IMG/VR virus record: IMGVR_UViG_3300045996_002303
Coordinates: 1-60,958 of that record
DNA from: a virus
Lineage: Duplodnaviria; Caudoviricetes
Length of the DNA stretch: 60,958 nt
Direction: 5' to 3' (one strand)
The translations under genes were made by a program, and so were the position numbers. Position 1 is the first letter of the stretch, and each line of letters opens with the position of its first letter. The notes under the pieces are model-generated. The model did no database searches. It was not told the DNA's origin and was given only the letters and a program-made list of their open reading frames with translations. Positions 1 through 10,830 of the stretch are shown one piece after another.

Positions 1-127
1 GTTCTTGACTGTTGTTTTTATCCGGCCATCCTGAAGATCCAATTTCCGTAAATCTTCCTGAAATGAATCGTAGATATCCTTCTGAATAGACGGTATACGT
101 TTATTCATATTCGATATAGAGTCGTTG
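1..127. repeat. Terminal direct repeat, copy 1 (circularity/assembly overlap)
   Basis: 1-127 is identical to 60832-60958; a CDS reads through the junction. Confidence 0.97.
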
Positions 128-159
128 ATCTTTTCGAGTATGTCTTTGAATTCGGCCAT
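1..159 (-). CDS. 5' part of minor head protein (ATG at 159, MAEFKDILEKINDSISNMNKRIP...), continuing across the circular junction
   Basis: ATG 8 nt after the portal stop, in frame with the 60040..60939 ORF. Confidence 0.8.
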   Translation of the reverse strand, partial: MAEFKDILEKINDSISNMNKRIPSIQKDIYDSFQEDLRKLDLQDGRIKTTVKN

Positions 160-167
160 TAAGTCAA

Positions 168-1988
168 TTAAGCAACTTTTTCAATTTGGGCATCAATTAC
201 TTTATCACTTATTACATCCCCAACTATTACCTTTGCGGTATCAAGCGCTCCGGATATTTCTTTCGCATAAGAAAGCAATTTTATCTTTTGATCTTTAAGC
301 GGTTTACCTGGGAAGTCCGCATCTTCATCAATTGCACGCTGTACAAACTCGTTGATATTACTGCTTACTATATACGTTTCCTGCAATATCCCTTTATTTG
401 ATAACCTTGCCATCTTTTCATCTTCGCTGATATTTGGCAATGGGTCCAGCTTTAAAATAAGGGAAACCAAGTCGCGAACCGATTCATCAGTGTTGAACCG
501 CTTACTCGCATAATCAATTTCCATTGCATTGACAATTACCGGGTTTGTCTTTCCGGTTTTGGCCGAGTTTAATTCAGCCTGCACGTTAGTGATGGACAAT
601 AGATCATATTTTTCAGGTACTGGTATCTGTGGCAACATTTTATCAATCTCCTCGAAAGTGTAAATATTCTTATATCTGTAGTAAGCGATTATCTTATACG
701 TGCTATCCATTATCTTAACCAGATCTTCAGCAATGGCATGTATTGTATTATTCTGCTCATCCCGGTCCACCTGCTTGGATATGCCGCTCTCTGCCAAAGG
801 AACCTGCGCCAAGTCCTGAAAGTTAATTGCTGCTAGACCATTATAAATGTGCTGCTCAACGCTTTTTTCCATAAGTGCCACTATCTCTACGTCCTTTTCA
901 ACGTAGCCGGCAGGAGGGTTTGGTATTGTTCCGCCACCTTCAATGCTATTAGTAGGGCGAATTAGCAATTTAGAATATGGACCCGCTGCGATATATCCAT
1001 TATTGCATCCAACGTTGTCACACGGTATTTGTGTGGGTATAGACGCATCGCATCCTTCATACCACGAAGTATTTCGCCTTTTCCCTGTCCCCTTACATGA
1101 AGAGCATTCTTGTTGCGTAAACTCCCAACGTTCGGGGTAAATGTGTAATACCTTAGCCGCCTGCAGGTCACTATACTCACGCAGCGCTTCATCCATTTCT
1201 GGCAAAATTCCGGCTATCCGGCTTTCGTAAAGGAAGTTATGTCCTTCCGTTTCGCATACGATACCACCTAATTTGAAGCATGGCAAAATCCCTAAGTCGT
1301 GTTCATATACCAGGAATGGCTGCATATTCCCTTTTGCATCCACCTGATCATATCTGATTATTGCTATAGTATCTACATAATAGTACGATTTCCCGTTTTC
1401 GATTGCGCCTTTTTTTGTTATATAGGTACAACCAAGCGGATTGTTCAAAATTGCATGATCATCATACTCATATTTAATCACATCACAGCAATCAAACAAT
1501 ACCGGGTAAGGTTGTAGAAAATCTGTTGCCGGTATTTCGGTTGTTAAAGGCATTATTAAAACAACCCCATTAGAGTCTGTTAGGTATTTTTTCAGAACAA
1601 CGGAAAATACCCAGTTAGTTACAGATTCAAAGTATGGGAATTTTTTTTCGCAATAATCTTCCAGGCTTTCGCCTTCACGTATTCTTGTGAAAGTACTTAG
1701 TTCTGGATATTTAATTGCCCAATCGGAGCTACGGCGAATTTTGCCTAAGCTTGATAATATCCGGCTGAATGTCGGCTTTGTTTTAGGCACCCATATCTTT
1801 TTACGATATTCCTGAACTTCCAGTGGCTCGTTTGGGCGCCTGCACTCAATAAGTTCTTCAGGATAACAACCGTCAGAATGCGGCTCAAACTCCTGACATT
1901 TTTCATTCGCTTTCTTATAATAAAAATGCGTTTGCTTATCAGTAAAATAAGGCTTTAACTTATCGTATGCTGGTAATTCGTAGGCCAT
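168..1988 (-). CDS. Portal protein (probable start MAYELP at 1988), with CxxCxGxG zinc-finger-like insertion
   Basis: About 606 aa, immediately upstream of the minor head gene; portal-like ESGISKQVDR segment. Confidence 0.75.
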   Translation of the reverse strand: MAYELPAYDKLKPYFTDKQTHFYYKKANEKCQEFEPHSDGCYPEELIECRRPNEPLEVQEYRKKIWVPKTKPTFSRILSSLGKIRRSSDWAIKYPELSTFTRIREGESLEDYCEKKFPYFESVTNWVFSVVLKKYLTDSNGVVLIMPLTTEIPATDFLQPYPVLFDCCDVIKYEYDDHAILNNPLGCTYITKKGAIENGKSYYYVDTIAIIRYDQVDAKGNMQPFLVYEHDLGILPCFKLGGIVCETEGHNFLYESRIAGILPEMDEALREYSDLQAAKVLHIYPERWEFTQQECSSCKGTGKRRNTSWYEGCDASIPTQIPCDNVGCNNGYIAAGPYSKLLIRPTNSIEGGGTIPNPPAGYVEKDVEIVALMEKSVEQHIYNGLAAINFQDLAQVPLAESGISKQVDRDEQNNTIHAIAEDLVKIMDSTYKIIAYYRYKNIYTFEEIDKMLPQIPVPEKYDLLSITNVQAELNSAKTGKTNPVIVNAMEIDYASKRFNTDESVRDLVSLILKLDPLPNISEDEKMARLSNKGILQETYIVSSNINEFVQRAIDEDADFPGKPLKDQKIKLLSYAKEISGALDTAKVIVGDVISDKVIDAQIEKVA

Positions 1989-1989
1989 G

Positions 1990-2865
1990 TTACATTTTTT
2001 GTCTATCTGGTATGAATGATTTTTTGTCAATCAACGGAAATACGTGTTGCGTTTGAAATTTATTCGCCGCACATTTTATAATTCTATCGTAAAGCTTCTT
2101 TATATCGCCAGTTGCATAATTGCTGCCGCAACTTAGAAGATAATACTTGTTGTAAACCTCCTCAAAAGATGTTGAATTATTGCCATGTAAGCGCGGCCAT
2201 AACGCAGGTATCCATTTGTATTGATGCGGTTCTATTCCGTGAATGGCTGCACTAATATTGATCCCTAATTCGTCCGGTATCTGATTGCCAAACATTATGA
2301 TACTTTTCAGACCATGGTTAGTATTTATCTTCCGCGCATCGGCAAAGAACTTTTTGACCTTTTCTGTTTTTTTGAAGTAAACAACCTCGCTTCGCCACTG
2401 ATAAATCTTGCCTGACAACGAATACTTTTTTACAATCTCATCAACGTCTGCCCAGAAATAGTATTTCTTGCTGATCTCTGAGCGATCGTTTGAGCCTACA
2501 TTAAAGTACCCCTCGGTTATGCCAGTGTATTCATGTCCGGACAATTGATCCATTAATTCGCCTGGGCCCCTCTTGGGCATCCATGCCATATCTGCATCAA
2601 GGAATAATGTTTCATCGAATGGGCTGAGTTCATCCAAATGGAGCTTGCATGCAAAGCCTTTCACTTTCGCTTCTGGTAATAAAATCATTCGATCAAAGAA
2701 CCGCCTTTGATGAGACCCAAGATGATTAAGGGAGTTTTCGCTATGCACAACGCATATTTGAAAATCCGGATCAATTGCTTTTATTGACATACTAAGGTTG
2801 TATGCCATGCGACCATAATACGGATGTCCGGTTGCGATTAATAATATGCCTCGTTTGTTTAACAT
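1990..2865 (-). CDS. GT-A fold glycosyltransferase (GT8-like nucleotide-diphospho-sugar transferase)
   Basis: N-terminal RGILLIATG strand, KLHLDELSPFDETLFLDAD (DxD), late PDE motif. Confidence 0.7.
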   Translation of the reverse strand: MLNKRGILLIATGHPYYGRMAYNLSMSIKAIDPDFQICVVHSENSLNHLGSHQRRFFDRMILLPEAKVKGFACKLHLDELSPFDETLFLDADMAWMPKRGPGELMDQLSGHEYTGITEGYFNVGSNDRSEISKKYYFWADVDEIVKKYSLSGKIYQWRSEVVYFKKTEKVKKFFADARKINTNHGLKSIIMFGNQIPDELGINISAAIHGIEPHQYKWIPALWPRLHGNNSTSFEEVYNKYYLLSCGSNYATGDIKKLYDRIIKCAANKFQTQHVFPLIDKKSFIPDRQKM

Positions 2866-4031
2866 AAGCCAAAATATGTTATCTCCAAATCGCCACCCGA
2901 TCCGAACAACGAAACAGGGGCTCCCGGTTCAGTTTGTAATGCACACACAAGTACGGACGTAGAGCCCTGTACGTGTAAATTTTGTTCATTGCCCGCGCAG
3001 TCTATATAGGTTACAATGGAAAAGTTGCCCGGGAAGCTTGGATTATAAATTTGATATTGCCCACACGACTCAGTATCGGCAGGAGGATTAGTAGTAAAGT
3101 TTATATAAATAAATTCGCTGATTCCATCGATACAGGTACTCCTAACATAGAATCTGTATTCGGTAGATGGACTTAAGCTTTCTAAGTCTGCATATAAATC
3201 TATAATATTACCAGTAAAAATTGGGGTAAGAAGGTCGCTGGCCAGGTACAATTCCCAATGATACTCCGGAGGGGCCGGAATTGGCGCCTGCCAAATGGCT
3301 TGTGCGGAAGCCTCCCCAATGCTTGTAATCTCTAAATTGATCGGACTTAAACATTCTTCGGCTGTACCTGAGACATTAGCGAAAACATTTGCCTCGTCAT
3401 ATGAACCATTTGGACATGTTACCCTGTATGTTAATAAATTAACATTGGTAGCTGACGGAAGCTCTGCCTGCATATCTATTGTCACAATGCCGCTTGCTGC
3501 ATCAATCGTTGCTGCACTTACAAACATTGGGTTAATTGTGGTGATCTCGGCTGTTATCGGCTTGCAACAAATGCTGTCATTCTCGAATACATTGAACTCG
3601 TATTGCTGGCCTTCGTCAAGCGATTCATATGCGCCTGTCACTGTATCATCTTCAAGGCTTAACTGCGTCGCTTCCTCGCATGTTTGACAATTATCATTTG
3701 AATAGTTAAAAGGCGTTACATCTACTTTAAATGCTGCTTTTGCTAAAGGGTAGTCTAAAAACTTAATCCAATCAATCTCGTAATCTCCTTCTAATGATAC
3801 GCCCCCTAAATAATATTTGCCTTCAATTGTTACATCATCATGCTTTAGCGCAATAATAAAACGTTCGTGTATTTCCCTGGGCAGGTTCTCTGTTTCTCCT
3901 TCGAATAATTTCCTAATAACGGATGATAGTGTTTTCCTTGTTCCGTTTGCAAGCCGGAACGTATTACTCTCGGTCGGGAACTGCGGCCGTGTAACGTAAA
4001 AAGGCAATCTTATTCTATTTCTAAAAGACAT
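2859..4031 (-). CDS. Tail/virion structural protein with fibronectin type III-like domain
   Basis: FN3 signature LSPSTEYRFYVRSTC; located in tail module. Confidence 0.6.
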   Translation of the reverse strand: MSFRNRIRLPFYVTRPQFPTESNTFRLANGTRKTLSSVIRKLFEGETENLPREIHERFIIALKHDDVTIEGKYYLGGVSLEGDYEIDWIKFLDYPLAKAAFKVDVTPFNYSNDNCQTCEEATQLSLEDDTVTGAYESLDEGQQYEFNVFENDSICCKPITAEITTINPMFVSAATIDAASGIVTIDMQAELPSATNVNLLTYRVTCPNGSYDEANVFANVSGTAEECLSPINLEITSIGEASAQAIWQAPIPAPPEYHWELYLASDLLTPIFTGNIIDLYADLESLSPSTEYRFYVRSTCIDGISEFIYINFTTNPPADTESCGQYQIYNPSFPGNFSIVTYIDCAGNEQNLHVQGSTSVLVCALQTEPGAPVSLFGSGGDLEITYFGLC

Positions 4032-4036
4032 AGTCG

Positions 4037-4783
4037 TTATTTTATTACAATTATCCCGCTGGCTGGCCCACCGAAATCAAAGCTGATAATCGTCGGCGGA
4101 TAGGTGTCGAACGTTGCGGTAATGCCCATATTCACCAGGTTTGTTCCATCGCTAACCCATACCTGAACCGTAGGAACGTCCCCGTATGCGGCCTGTAAAC
4201 TTGCCGTATAAGGAATTGACAATGTGCTTAGATTAGTAAATGGTATAACTGTAGGCTGGCACGATATTTCTTCTGGCTCAGCCCCAGACCCACAGTAATT
4301 GAACCCAAAGCAATTGTCATCACATCCGTATTCTATTACCGATGTAAAGCAATCGTCTGCTGTTCTTTCAAAGCAGTTACTACAAAACTGAACCGCTCCA
4401 ATTTGTACACGAATTTTAAAACACTCATTATACCCAACCACCTCAGTAAATCCAGGTACCCCATGCGACCAGTTTACTAATAACTGGGTTTCGCTTAACC
4501 TATAAATATCCGGCTCATCGTTATAGGGATTGCCAGTAAAGTCTAAAAGGAAATCGGCATCATCACACGATCTCACTAATCCTACCTCAACAGGCATTCC
4601 ATAAACGCCGCACAGAGCATCAATTTCTGTACTGTTACCTGTAATAATAAACTGAAACGCTACATCATCAGGCTGGAATACTGGCAAGCAAAAGTTTAAC
4701 AAGTCAAATACGCAATGAGCTATTTTGCCAGTTTCCGAGAACTGAACGAATGATTGCGCCGGAGATGTTATGCCATACGACAT
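4037..4783 (-). CDS. Putative tail structural protein, Cys-rich, with shared C-terminal beta domain
   Basis: Tail module position; C-terminal ~70 aa resembles ORFs 11730 and 11969. Confidence 0.55.
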   Translation of the reverse strand: MSYGITSPAQSFVQFSETGKIAHCVFDLLNFCLPVFQPDDVAFQFIITGNSTEIDALCGVYGMPVEVGLVRSCDDADFLLDFTGNPYNDEPDIYRLSETQLLVNWSHGVPGFTEVVGYNECFKIRVQIGAVQFCSNCFERTADDCFTSVIEYGCDDNCFGFNYCGSGAEPEEISCQPTVIPFTNLSTLSIPYTASLQAAYGDVPTVQVWVSDGTNLVNMGITATFDTYPPTIISFDFGGPASGIIVIK

Positions 4784-6987
4784 TATGAATATTTAATTTT
4801 AAGTACAAAATCCGCTTCTCCTTTATTCAGGCGATAGCGCAAATCTTTGATATAGCCTTTTCTCCACTCCCCTGTTCCGCACTGGAATGAAATATACCCA
4901 TATGGGTTCGCCTTTAATGTTTTATAATCGGATACGCTAAGAGGATACTTTAAAGTAGCATAGTCTGGCTTCCATAAAGGGGTTGCCTGGGCGACATCGA
5001 CGAAATCCATCTTACTTAAATCTCGGTTCTCTGCTTTAACCCCATTTTCTAGTTTGCAAGTCGGGTAAGCGCCAGCAATTTGGCCGGCAGCCAGGAAATT
5101 GCCAGTACCGGAACTGAAGTAAAGCTTATTTTCAGAGTCGTTAATATTGGGATAACTATTTGCAATTGACTTAAACCATCTCATTAAGTTGCTGTATGGC
5201 CTAATCCGCCAATTGTACAATGTTTGCGGGCTGAAAACATTCGAAGCATTATCAATATTGCCTTGTTCCACCCGAAAGGTATATGCCTGACGTTCAACAC
5301 AAATAATAAATGTCTCATTATCGTATGAGGTATCTGCAGCGCCTGTGGTGGCAAAACTTTGCTGCCTGGTGGTCTCAATCGGATAACTACCTGCTACAAA
5401 CTTAGAGGTTATATCAAGTGGGTTATTAACTGATGTCAATATCGTTCTGTACTCCCGGTTGCTATTCGGCTCGTCGAGACCGTTTATTCTTTCAACTTCC
5501 CATTTTTGGTAACCGGACCTTATTAAGCTGTAATGCAATTGTTCTTGAACTGATATTTCGGCCTCCGGGACATATGGCAAAGCCAAAATTTCATCATCCT
5601 GGTAAAAGTATTCAACCGATTCAATACGCAACCAATCAAAACCAGAAATAAAAGGATTTGGTTCTATCCCCATGCCAATGTTATCAACCCCACGAAGCCC
5701 TTCAAATAACTCTTTGAGAGAGGCAAAAAAGGAAGCATTTGGCGCCTTTCGTATTTTCAACCCGCTGGTTAATACCCGTAATGAACCGCAGCCATCTTCT
5801 ACGCTCACATATGGTTGGCTGTCGGTTCGACCATAGTAATCAGATTTAACCCGTAGGCAATTATCCGTAATAGCCTCTGCCGCCCTGCTCAATGTTTCGT
5901 TGACCATGTATACTCTCGCATCTGTACTGGGGCACGCCTTAATAGCATCAATATCAATTGACGTATTGGTATCGAAATGTACATCCATCGTACTGTCTCC
6001 GCCTTCCACAACTAGGCTTACTTCTATAACAGAATAAAAACCGAGTCCATCTGTAATTGTGGTCGTTCCGGTTAAAGTGTTGTCAAATGTTATATTTAAT
6101 GGACCGTCTGTGGGTCCTGTATACAATGTTGTTTCAGCGACTAAATCATGGTCTACGAATATATTGCCGATCGCATCCCATTTGAATAGTTTATGTTTAA
6201 CTGTTGACAGCTTGAGATTTGTTGAAATTGTCAATTCGCCTTTATACCTCGATGTATACACAAAACTGCCATCGAAACATTCAATAATATCTTCAAATAA
6301 CAACTGAGGTGTAATTGGCCCGTCGCAACCGTCTGTTACCGCTGCGTTACTCGTGACGCAATTATTAATTCCGATTAATTGACCTGTTTGGATATTGTTA
6401 TATCTTTCTACCGAATAATCTGGCCGTAAATAAATAGTTGCGAATGTCAACCCTCCGATATTGTCAAATGCTAAGCTACTATCATATCCATCAACACCTA
6501 CACTCCCATCAACCGCAGCCTGCAGTTCCTTGGCCGGCAACTCCATTTCAAAATTCATCTTATCATACTGCTGAAGTGCGGACAGCTTACTAAAGGTCAG
6601 GGTGCTGTCAATGTCCACCTTCTGGTCATACCTGTTGCGTAAAGTCATCAGGCAACCGATTTGTTCAACTGGTACTTTTACCAGACAAGTGTTGCCGCAA
6701 GTAGCTGAATACTTCCCAAAATCAAGCCTGCCCTCAAAAATAGTTTCGAGTTCTTCGTATACTCCACATGCTTGTAATGCGCGGAATGTAACACTTGCCT
6801 TTAATCCTTGCGTTTCTTTAATATTTATTAAATATGTTGCAGCAACGCCGTAAAAAGCAAGCTCCGAGGTACTAGCCTCGAAGAATATGCCATGCCAGGT
6901 ATCGTCCCGCTTCATGGTCAATACCATATCCGAAAAACCCTGTGGCTCCTCTATCTCTAAATCGTCTAAGTAGAATTCGAAGTACAT
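4783..6987 (-). CDS. Putative tail tip/hub protein
   Basis: 734 aa, beta-rich, directly after the tape measure gene with 1-nt stop/start overlap. Confidence 0.6.
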   Translation of the reverse strand: MYFEFYLDDLEIEEPQGFSDMVLTMKRDDTWHGIFFEASTSELAFYGVAATYLINIKETQGLKASVTFRALQACGVYEELETIFEGRLDFGKYSATCGNTCLVKVPVEQIGCLMTLRNRYDQKVDIDSTLTFSKLSALQQYDKMNFEMELPAKELQAAVDGSVGVDGYDSSLAFDNIGGLTFATIYLRPDYSVERYNNIQTGQLIGINNCVTSNAAVTDGCDGPITPQLLFEDIIECFDGSFVYTSRYKGELTISTNLKLSTVKHKLFKWDAIGNIFVDHDLVAETTLYTGPTDGPLNITFDNTLTGTTTITDGLGFYSVIEVSLVVEGGDSTMDVHFDTNTSIDIDAIKACPSTDARVYMVNETLSRAAEAITDNCLRVKSDYYGRTDSQPYVSVEDGCGSLRVLTSGLKIRKAPNASFFASLKELFEGLRGVDNIGMGIEPNPFISGFDWLRIESVEYFYQDDEILALPYVPEAEISVQEQLHYSLIRSGYQKWEVERINGLDEPNSNREYRTILTSVNNPLDITSKFVAGSYPIETTRQQSFATTGAADTSYDNETFIICVERQAYTFRVEQGNIDNASNVFSPQTLYNWRIRPYSNLMRWFKSIANSYPNINDSENKLYFSSGTGNFLAAGQIAGAYPTCKLENGVKAENRDLSKMDFVDVAQATPLWKPDYATLKYPLSVSDYKTLKANPYGYISFQCGTGEWRKGYIKDLRYRLNKGEADFVLKIKYS

Positions 6988-9962
6988 TATTTGCTGCTGT
7001 ATCTTTTATCCATGTAATTTTTACGCTCTAACCCCTTCTGCTCCCATATCTTGAACCCTTCTTCATCTATATTGAAGCCAGGAATATTTACGTGTTTCCC
7101 TACGGCCTTGCCGAGTTTATCGTAATCAATTTCTGTTTGGTTTTGAGGAGCAGGCTGCCATTGCATTATTTGCTTATCGACCTCTGGTAGTAACATTTGT
7201 TTCGTTTCGGTAGGGTTATACACTTTGTCTTTCGCGCTTAACCACACTATTTGTTTTTTATCAGCAAGAAACATCCGTCCATTCTGCTCATATAACTCGG
7301 GTCCGGTTTCGCCAATCTCGGCAGGCCCTTCATATCCGCTTTTTTTACCATGTCCGAACCTGGGCAGCGGCCTGGCGGCAACAATAACAGCCTGAGCCGC
7401 GGCAATAGCAGCGTAGATGGCGCCTAATACCGGTCCGCCCTGTGCAAGGCCTTGTAAAAAAGCCTGGGGGATCGCGAGGAACGCCCGAAACACAGCTATA
7501 GTTTTTTCTCGTTGAGCCTGTTGGGCTTTCGCTTTCTTTTCTTCGGCATCTATGCGCTTGTTTCTCGCCGCTGCTTCCCTTTCGGTTATAGCGCCAGCCT
7601 CTAAAAGTTCCGCAACCCTTTGCCGTTCACCCTCAATACGATCGTTTTCTTTCTGGCTTTGCGTGTCACTTATAGATTGGAAAAGATCAAGTAGTTGATT
7701 GGTAACATTTATAGCTATATCTATCCTTTCTATTGTTTCTGCTTTTATTAAATCAGTAGTTGCCTTTTCTGATTCCTCTGTGATCTCCCTTTTCTTGTCT
7801 TGTAGCTGTTTGTATTTTAATATATAATCTTTTTCACTGATTAGCTTTTTCTCCTTCTCGTCTTCAAGAGCTTTTAATTGGATATCGATATTGCTAACCT
7901 GAAAGTCAGCCAACTGCTTAATGGCGGATTTTCTAGCAATAAACGCCTTTCTCTCATCTGCAATAATGCGTTGTAAAGCGCGTGTCGCTGGTCCGTTATC
8001 AGCAATACGGATATCGATTTCATACTGAGCAGCATCCTCAATAAACTTTTTCCGCACACCAAGTATATCGGCATCTCGCTTTGCGTTTATTTCTTTTATT
8101 TTCGCTGAGTTTCCTTTTGCTGCATCAACTTCCGCAGCAGCGGCAAGTTCTATATTGGCAATTTGGAGTATTAGCTTCGCCTCATCATTTGTTTTTAATA
8201 ACTGAATTTCAGCTTCATTCCTGCTTATTTGATCTTCAATTGCCTCACGCCTAACCTGATTATTATAATCTGTTTGTAGTTTACGAAGTCTTGCGAAGCC
8301 GTTCTCCTTTATTTTAATTTTCTCATCTTCACTTAGTTTTGTATTTGATAATTCAGATTGCGTCTGTAGCTCTATTTGTTGTTTTTTAAGATTAAGCTCC
8401 TCTTCTGACCCCTCTTTTACGTTTATCAGTTTTGTATCTATAGCTTTTAACTGATTGTCAATATCTCTCTTGTTTGCTGCCGCAACGGCTTCAGCTTCGG
8501 CCTGTCGGCCTCTTTCGGCTATAGCGGCACGTTCGTTCGCCAACAACCCATCCGCATTAAGCTCCAGCGCAGTTCGGGCTGCAATTAGCCGTTTTTGTAT
8601 GTTCAGTTGATTCTTACTACCTTCTTCGGCTTTTGATAATTGAACCTCTAATCCTGCGATTGTATTTTTTAAATCTTCTTCGCGTAGCTTCTTTTTTTGT
8701 TGGACTTCCAGATTGCTTAAGAATAGTATATCTGTAGTTGCCTGATCTTCAAGTCTGCTTATTTCTTCGTCAACCTGTTTTCTTTTTTCTAGATCAGCTT
8801 CAGCGTTATTTGCCTTTGCTTGCCTAAGCTCCTCTAGCCTTTCTTTTGTGATGTTTGCAATTTTCCGTTCGTTCTCCAGTCTTTTTTCTGCTATTTTACT
8901 ATCAGTAGCACCGACATTTTCAAGACCTGCAATCTCTGCTTCTTCGGTTCGCTTCGCAGCCTCAATTCTTGCTTCATACCCTTTCGCCCCCTGACCCAGT
9001 GCGACATTCAGATTAGTCGTCTGCTGTCTGGCAGCGGCCGCACTCCTGCCGTAGGTGCCTAATAACGTTATAAGTCCCGCCAGCGCAACTACGACAATGC
9101 CAATCGGGTTAGCCGCCATAGCTGCGTTAAGCGCCTTTTGTGCTATTATTGCGCCACCACGAACGACGATAGAAGTTGATTCGAGCCCGTTCTCAATAAC
9201 CTTCTGCGCATTTTTTACTTTCAACTGAATATTGGTAGCAAGTAACGATAACGCGCCCTCTTTTTCCAGTGCCGCACTAATACTCTGCAGACCTTGGGTG
9301 ATTGCGATTGCCGCATTAACCTTCAACATTGTTTTTTCGAGATCCTTATTTTCCTCACCAAACAACGCAACGGCTCCCTGTGCTACAGCAAAGCCACCGG
9401 CAACCGCCTGGGCGGAACCTAACAGATTGTCAAATGTGCGGGTGTCGCTTCCGGCATTCCTTATCTCGGCACCGGCATCAGCCATTGCATCTTTAATGTT
9501 GCCGGCTTCTACTACTAACTTTTGAAACGCGTCCGTCCCATCGTCCCCCGCCAACTTCATCTCAGCTATCTGCTGAGTAAGGTTCTTAAGGCGTTGCCGA
9601 AGACTTTCCGTTGGCTCCTGAACCTCCGTTTGGCCCGTTTTAAGGGCCTCGGTAAACTGTTCAACTGTTACACCGGCCTCTTTCAGCGTTTCAATGACGC
9701 CTTCATTGAACCCTGTCATGAAGTCTTGGGTGAAACTTTTGGTCGCCTTGTTAACATCATCAAGGCTTTTCTTTAATGGAGCCGTAGATGCAGCCGCCTT
9801 CTTTATTTCATTGGATTGCTTCGATATTTCGGAAGTAGTTTGCTTAAATGCATTAGCTAATTGACTGTCAACCGCGCCTGTCTTTTCAAGCTTATTGATA
9901 GCACTATCAAGCTGCTCGTCATTTGTTACAAACTCAATAACTACCGTTTGAACGTCTGCCAT
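6987..9962 (-). CDS. Tail tape measure protein
   Basis: 991 aa Ala/Glu/Lys-rich helical protein, AANPIGIVVVAL motif, C-terminal EIGETGPEL; follows frameshifted chaperone. Confidence 0.88.
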   Translation of the reverse strand: MADVQTVVIEFVTNDEQLDSAINKLEKTGAVDSQLANAFKQTTSEISKQSNEIKKAAASTAPLKKSLDDVNKATKSFTQDFMTGFNEGVIETLKEAGVTVEQFTEALKTGQTEVQEPTESLRQRLKNLTQQIAEMKLAGDDGTDAFQKLVVEAGNIKDAMADAGAEIRNAGSDTRTFDNLLGSAQAVAGGFAVAQGAVALFGEENKDLEKTMLKVNAAIAITQGLQSISAALEKEGALSLLATNIQLKVKNAQKVIENGLESTSIVVRGGAIIAQKALNAAMAANPIGIVVVALAGLITLLGTYGRSAAAARQQTTNLNVALGQGAKGYEARIEAAKRTEEAEIAGLENVGATDSKIAEKRLENERKIANITKERLEELRQAKANNAEADLEKRKQVDEEISRLEDQATTDILFLSNLEVQQKKKLREEDLKNTIAGLEVQLSKAEEGSKNQLNIQKRLIAARTALELNADGLLANERAAIAERGRQAEAEAVAAANKRDIDNQLKAIDTKLINVKEGSEEELNLKKQQIELQTQSELSNTKLSEDEKIKIKENGFARLRKLQTDYNNQVRREAIEDQISRNEAEIQLLKTNDEAKLILQIANIELAAAAEVDAAKGNSAKIKEINAKRDADILGVRKKFIEDAAQYEIDIRIADNGPATRALQRIIADERKAFIARKSAIKQLADFQVSNIDIQLKALEDEKEKKLISEKDYILKYKQLQDKKREITEESEKATTDLIKAETIERIDIAINVTNQLLDLFQSISDTQSQKENDRIEGERQRVAELLEAGAITEREAAARNKRIDAEEKKAKAQQAQREKTIAVFRAFLAIPQAFLQGLAQGGPVLGAIYAAIAAAQAVIVAARPLPRFGHGKKSGYEGPAEIGETGPELYEQNGRMFLADKKQIVWLSAKDKVYNPTETKQMLLPEVDKQIMQWQPAPQNQTEIDYDKLGKAVGKHVNIPGFNIDEEGFKIWEQKGLERKNYMDKRYSSK

Positions 9963-9964
9963 AA

Positions 9965-10546
9965 TTACTTAAATTTCCAGATAAAGCCTTTATATGATTT
10001 ATCAGCGCCAGAGCAAACGCCTTGAATTCCCATAACCCTAATCCCTAATTCTCTAGCAGCATCAGACATGCTCGCGAATTCGTTTATAAAGACACCAGCC
10101 TTCGTAAATTGCAATACTGGTTTAGACTTATGATGATCCTTGCCGAACTTACCAGATGAAGGTGCTTTTCTTAATTTATTTGCGTAAGCATGCTTTATAT
10201 TTTCGGAATACGTCGCCCATTCAAGATTGCCAACGTAGTTGTCTGTTTTAATCGCATTCCTATGGTTAATAATTGGCTTTCTTAAAGGGTTATTGAGAAA
10301 ATGTGATGCGACTAATGAATGGATGCAGAAGGTCTTTTTAGTTCCGCTATTTGATAATGTTGTCATAAGGTATCCGTTCGATGCCGCCGAGGCAGACATT
10401 AATTTTCTGTGCATTAGGCTTTTAACCTCTCCATGGTTCGATATCTCATAAAGCCCTTCATAACCTTTAATAGGTTTCCAGAACTTTAAAACGTTGCTGC
10501 CATTATCAATTCTAAGGGCTAAAAAATTATGTTGTGTTTCTGCCAC
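9965..10546 (-). CDS. NUMOD4-HNH homing endonuclease with C-terminal NUMOD1
   Basis: WKPIKGYEGLYEISNHG, INHRNAIKTDNYVGNLEW, YKGFIWK. Confidence 0.88.
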   Translation of the reverse strand: MAETQHNFLALRIDNGSNVLKFWKPIKGYEGLYEISNHGEVKSLMHRKLMSASAASNGYLMTTLSNSGTKKTFCIHSLVASHFLNNPLRKPIINHRNAIKTDNYVGNLEWATYSENIKHAYANKLRKAPSSGKFGKDHHKSKPVLQFTKAGVFINEFASMSDAARELGIRVMGIQGVCSGADKSYKGFIWKFK

Positions 10547-10830
10547 TACTTTTTCATTTTCTTTTTGAGAGAAGCTATTTTACTATCTAAAATTGAGTAA
10601 TACTCCGGTAGTGGCATGCGGTTGTACGCATCAATTAGGGAAGGATTAAAGTCGGCCAGCCAATGAATTTGCTCGTTATGTTCATCTACTGATTTGCCGA
10701 CAATATTTTTGTAAGATCTGTTAGGTGTATTCCGGCGACTTGTTCCGCTACCTGAAAAAACGTTTTTGAATTTCCGGTGGCAGGTTTTAAGGACGGTATC
10801 AATTCGTTGGATAGCCTGCTCAAAAAAAAA
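10546..10830 (-). CDS. -1 frameshift extension of tail chaperone (gpGT analogue; ...FFEQAIQRIDT...HWLADFNPSLIDAYNRMPLPEYYSILDSKIASLKKKMKK)
   Basis: The -1 frame opens exactly at GAT TTT TTT TTG (10822-10830) and stays open to TAG at 10546-10548. Confidence 0.7.
   Translation of the reverse strand, partial: FFFEQAIQRIDTVLKTCHRKFKNVFSGSGTSRRNTPNRSYKNIVGKSVDEHNEQIHWLADFNPSLIDAYNRMPLPEYYSILDSKIASLKKKMKK

Noticed and set aside
1-127. Biological terminal repeat
   Set aside because: 127 bp equals a common assembler k-mer and falls mid-gene; best read as circular overlap
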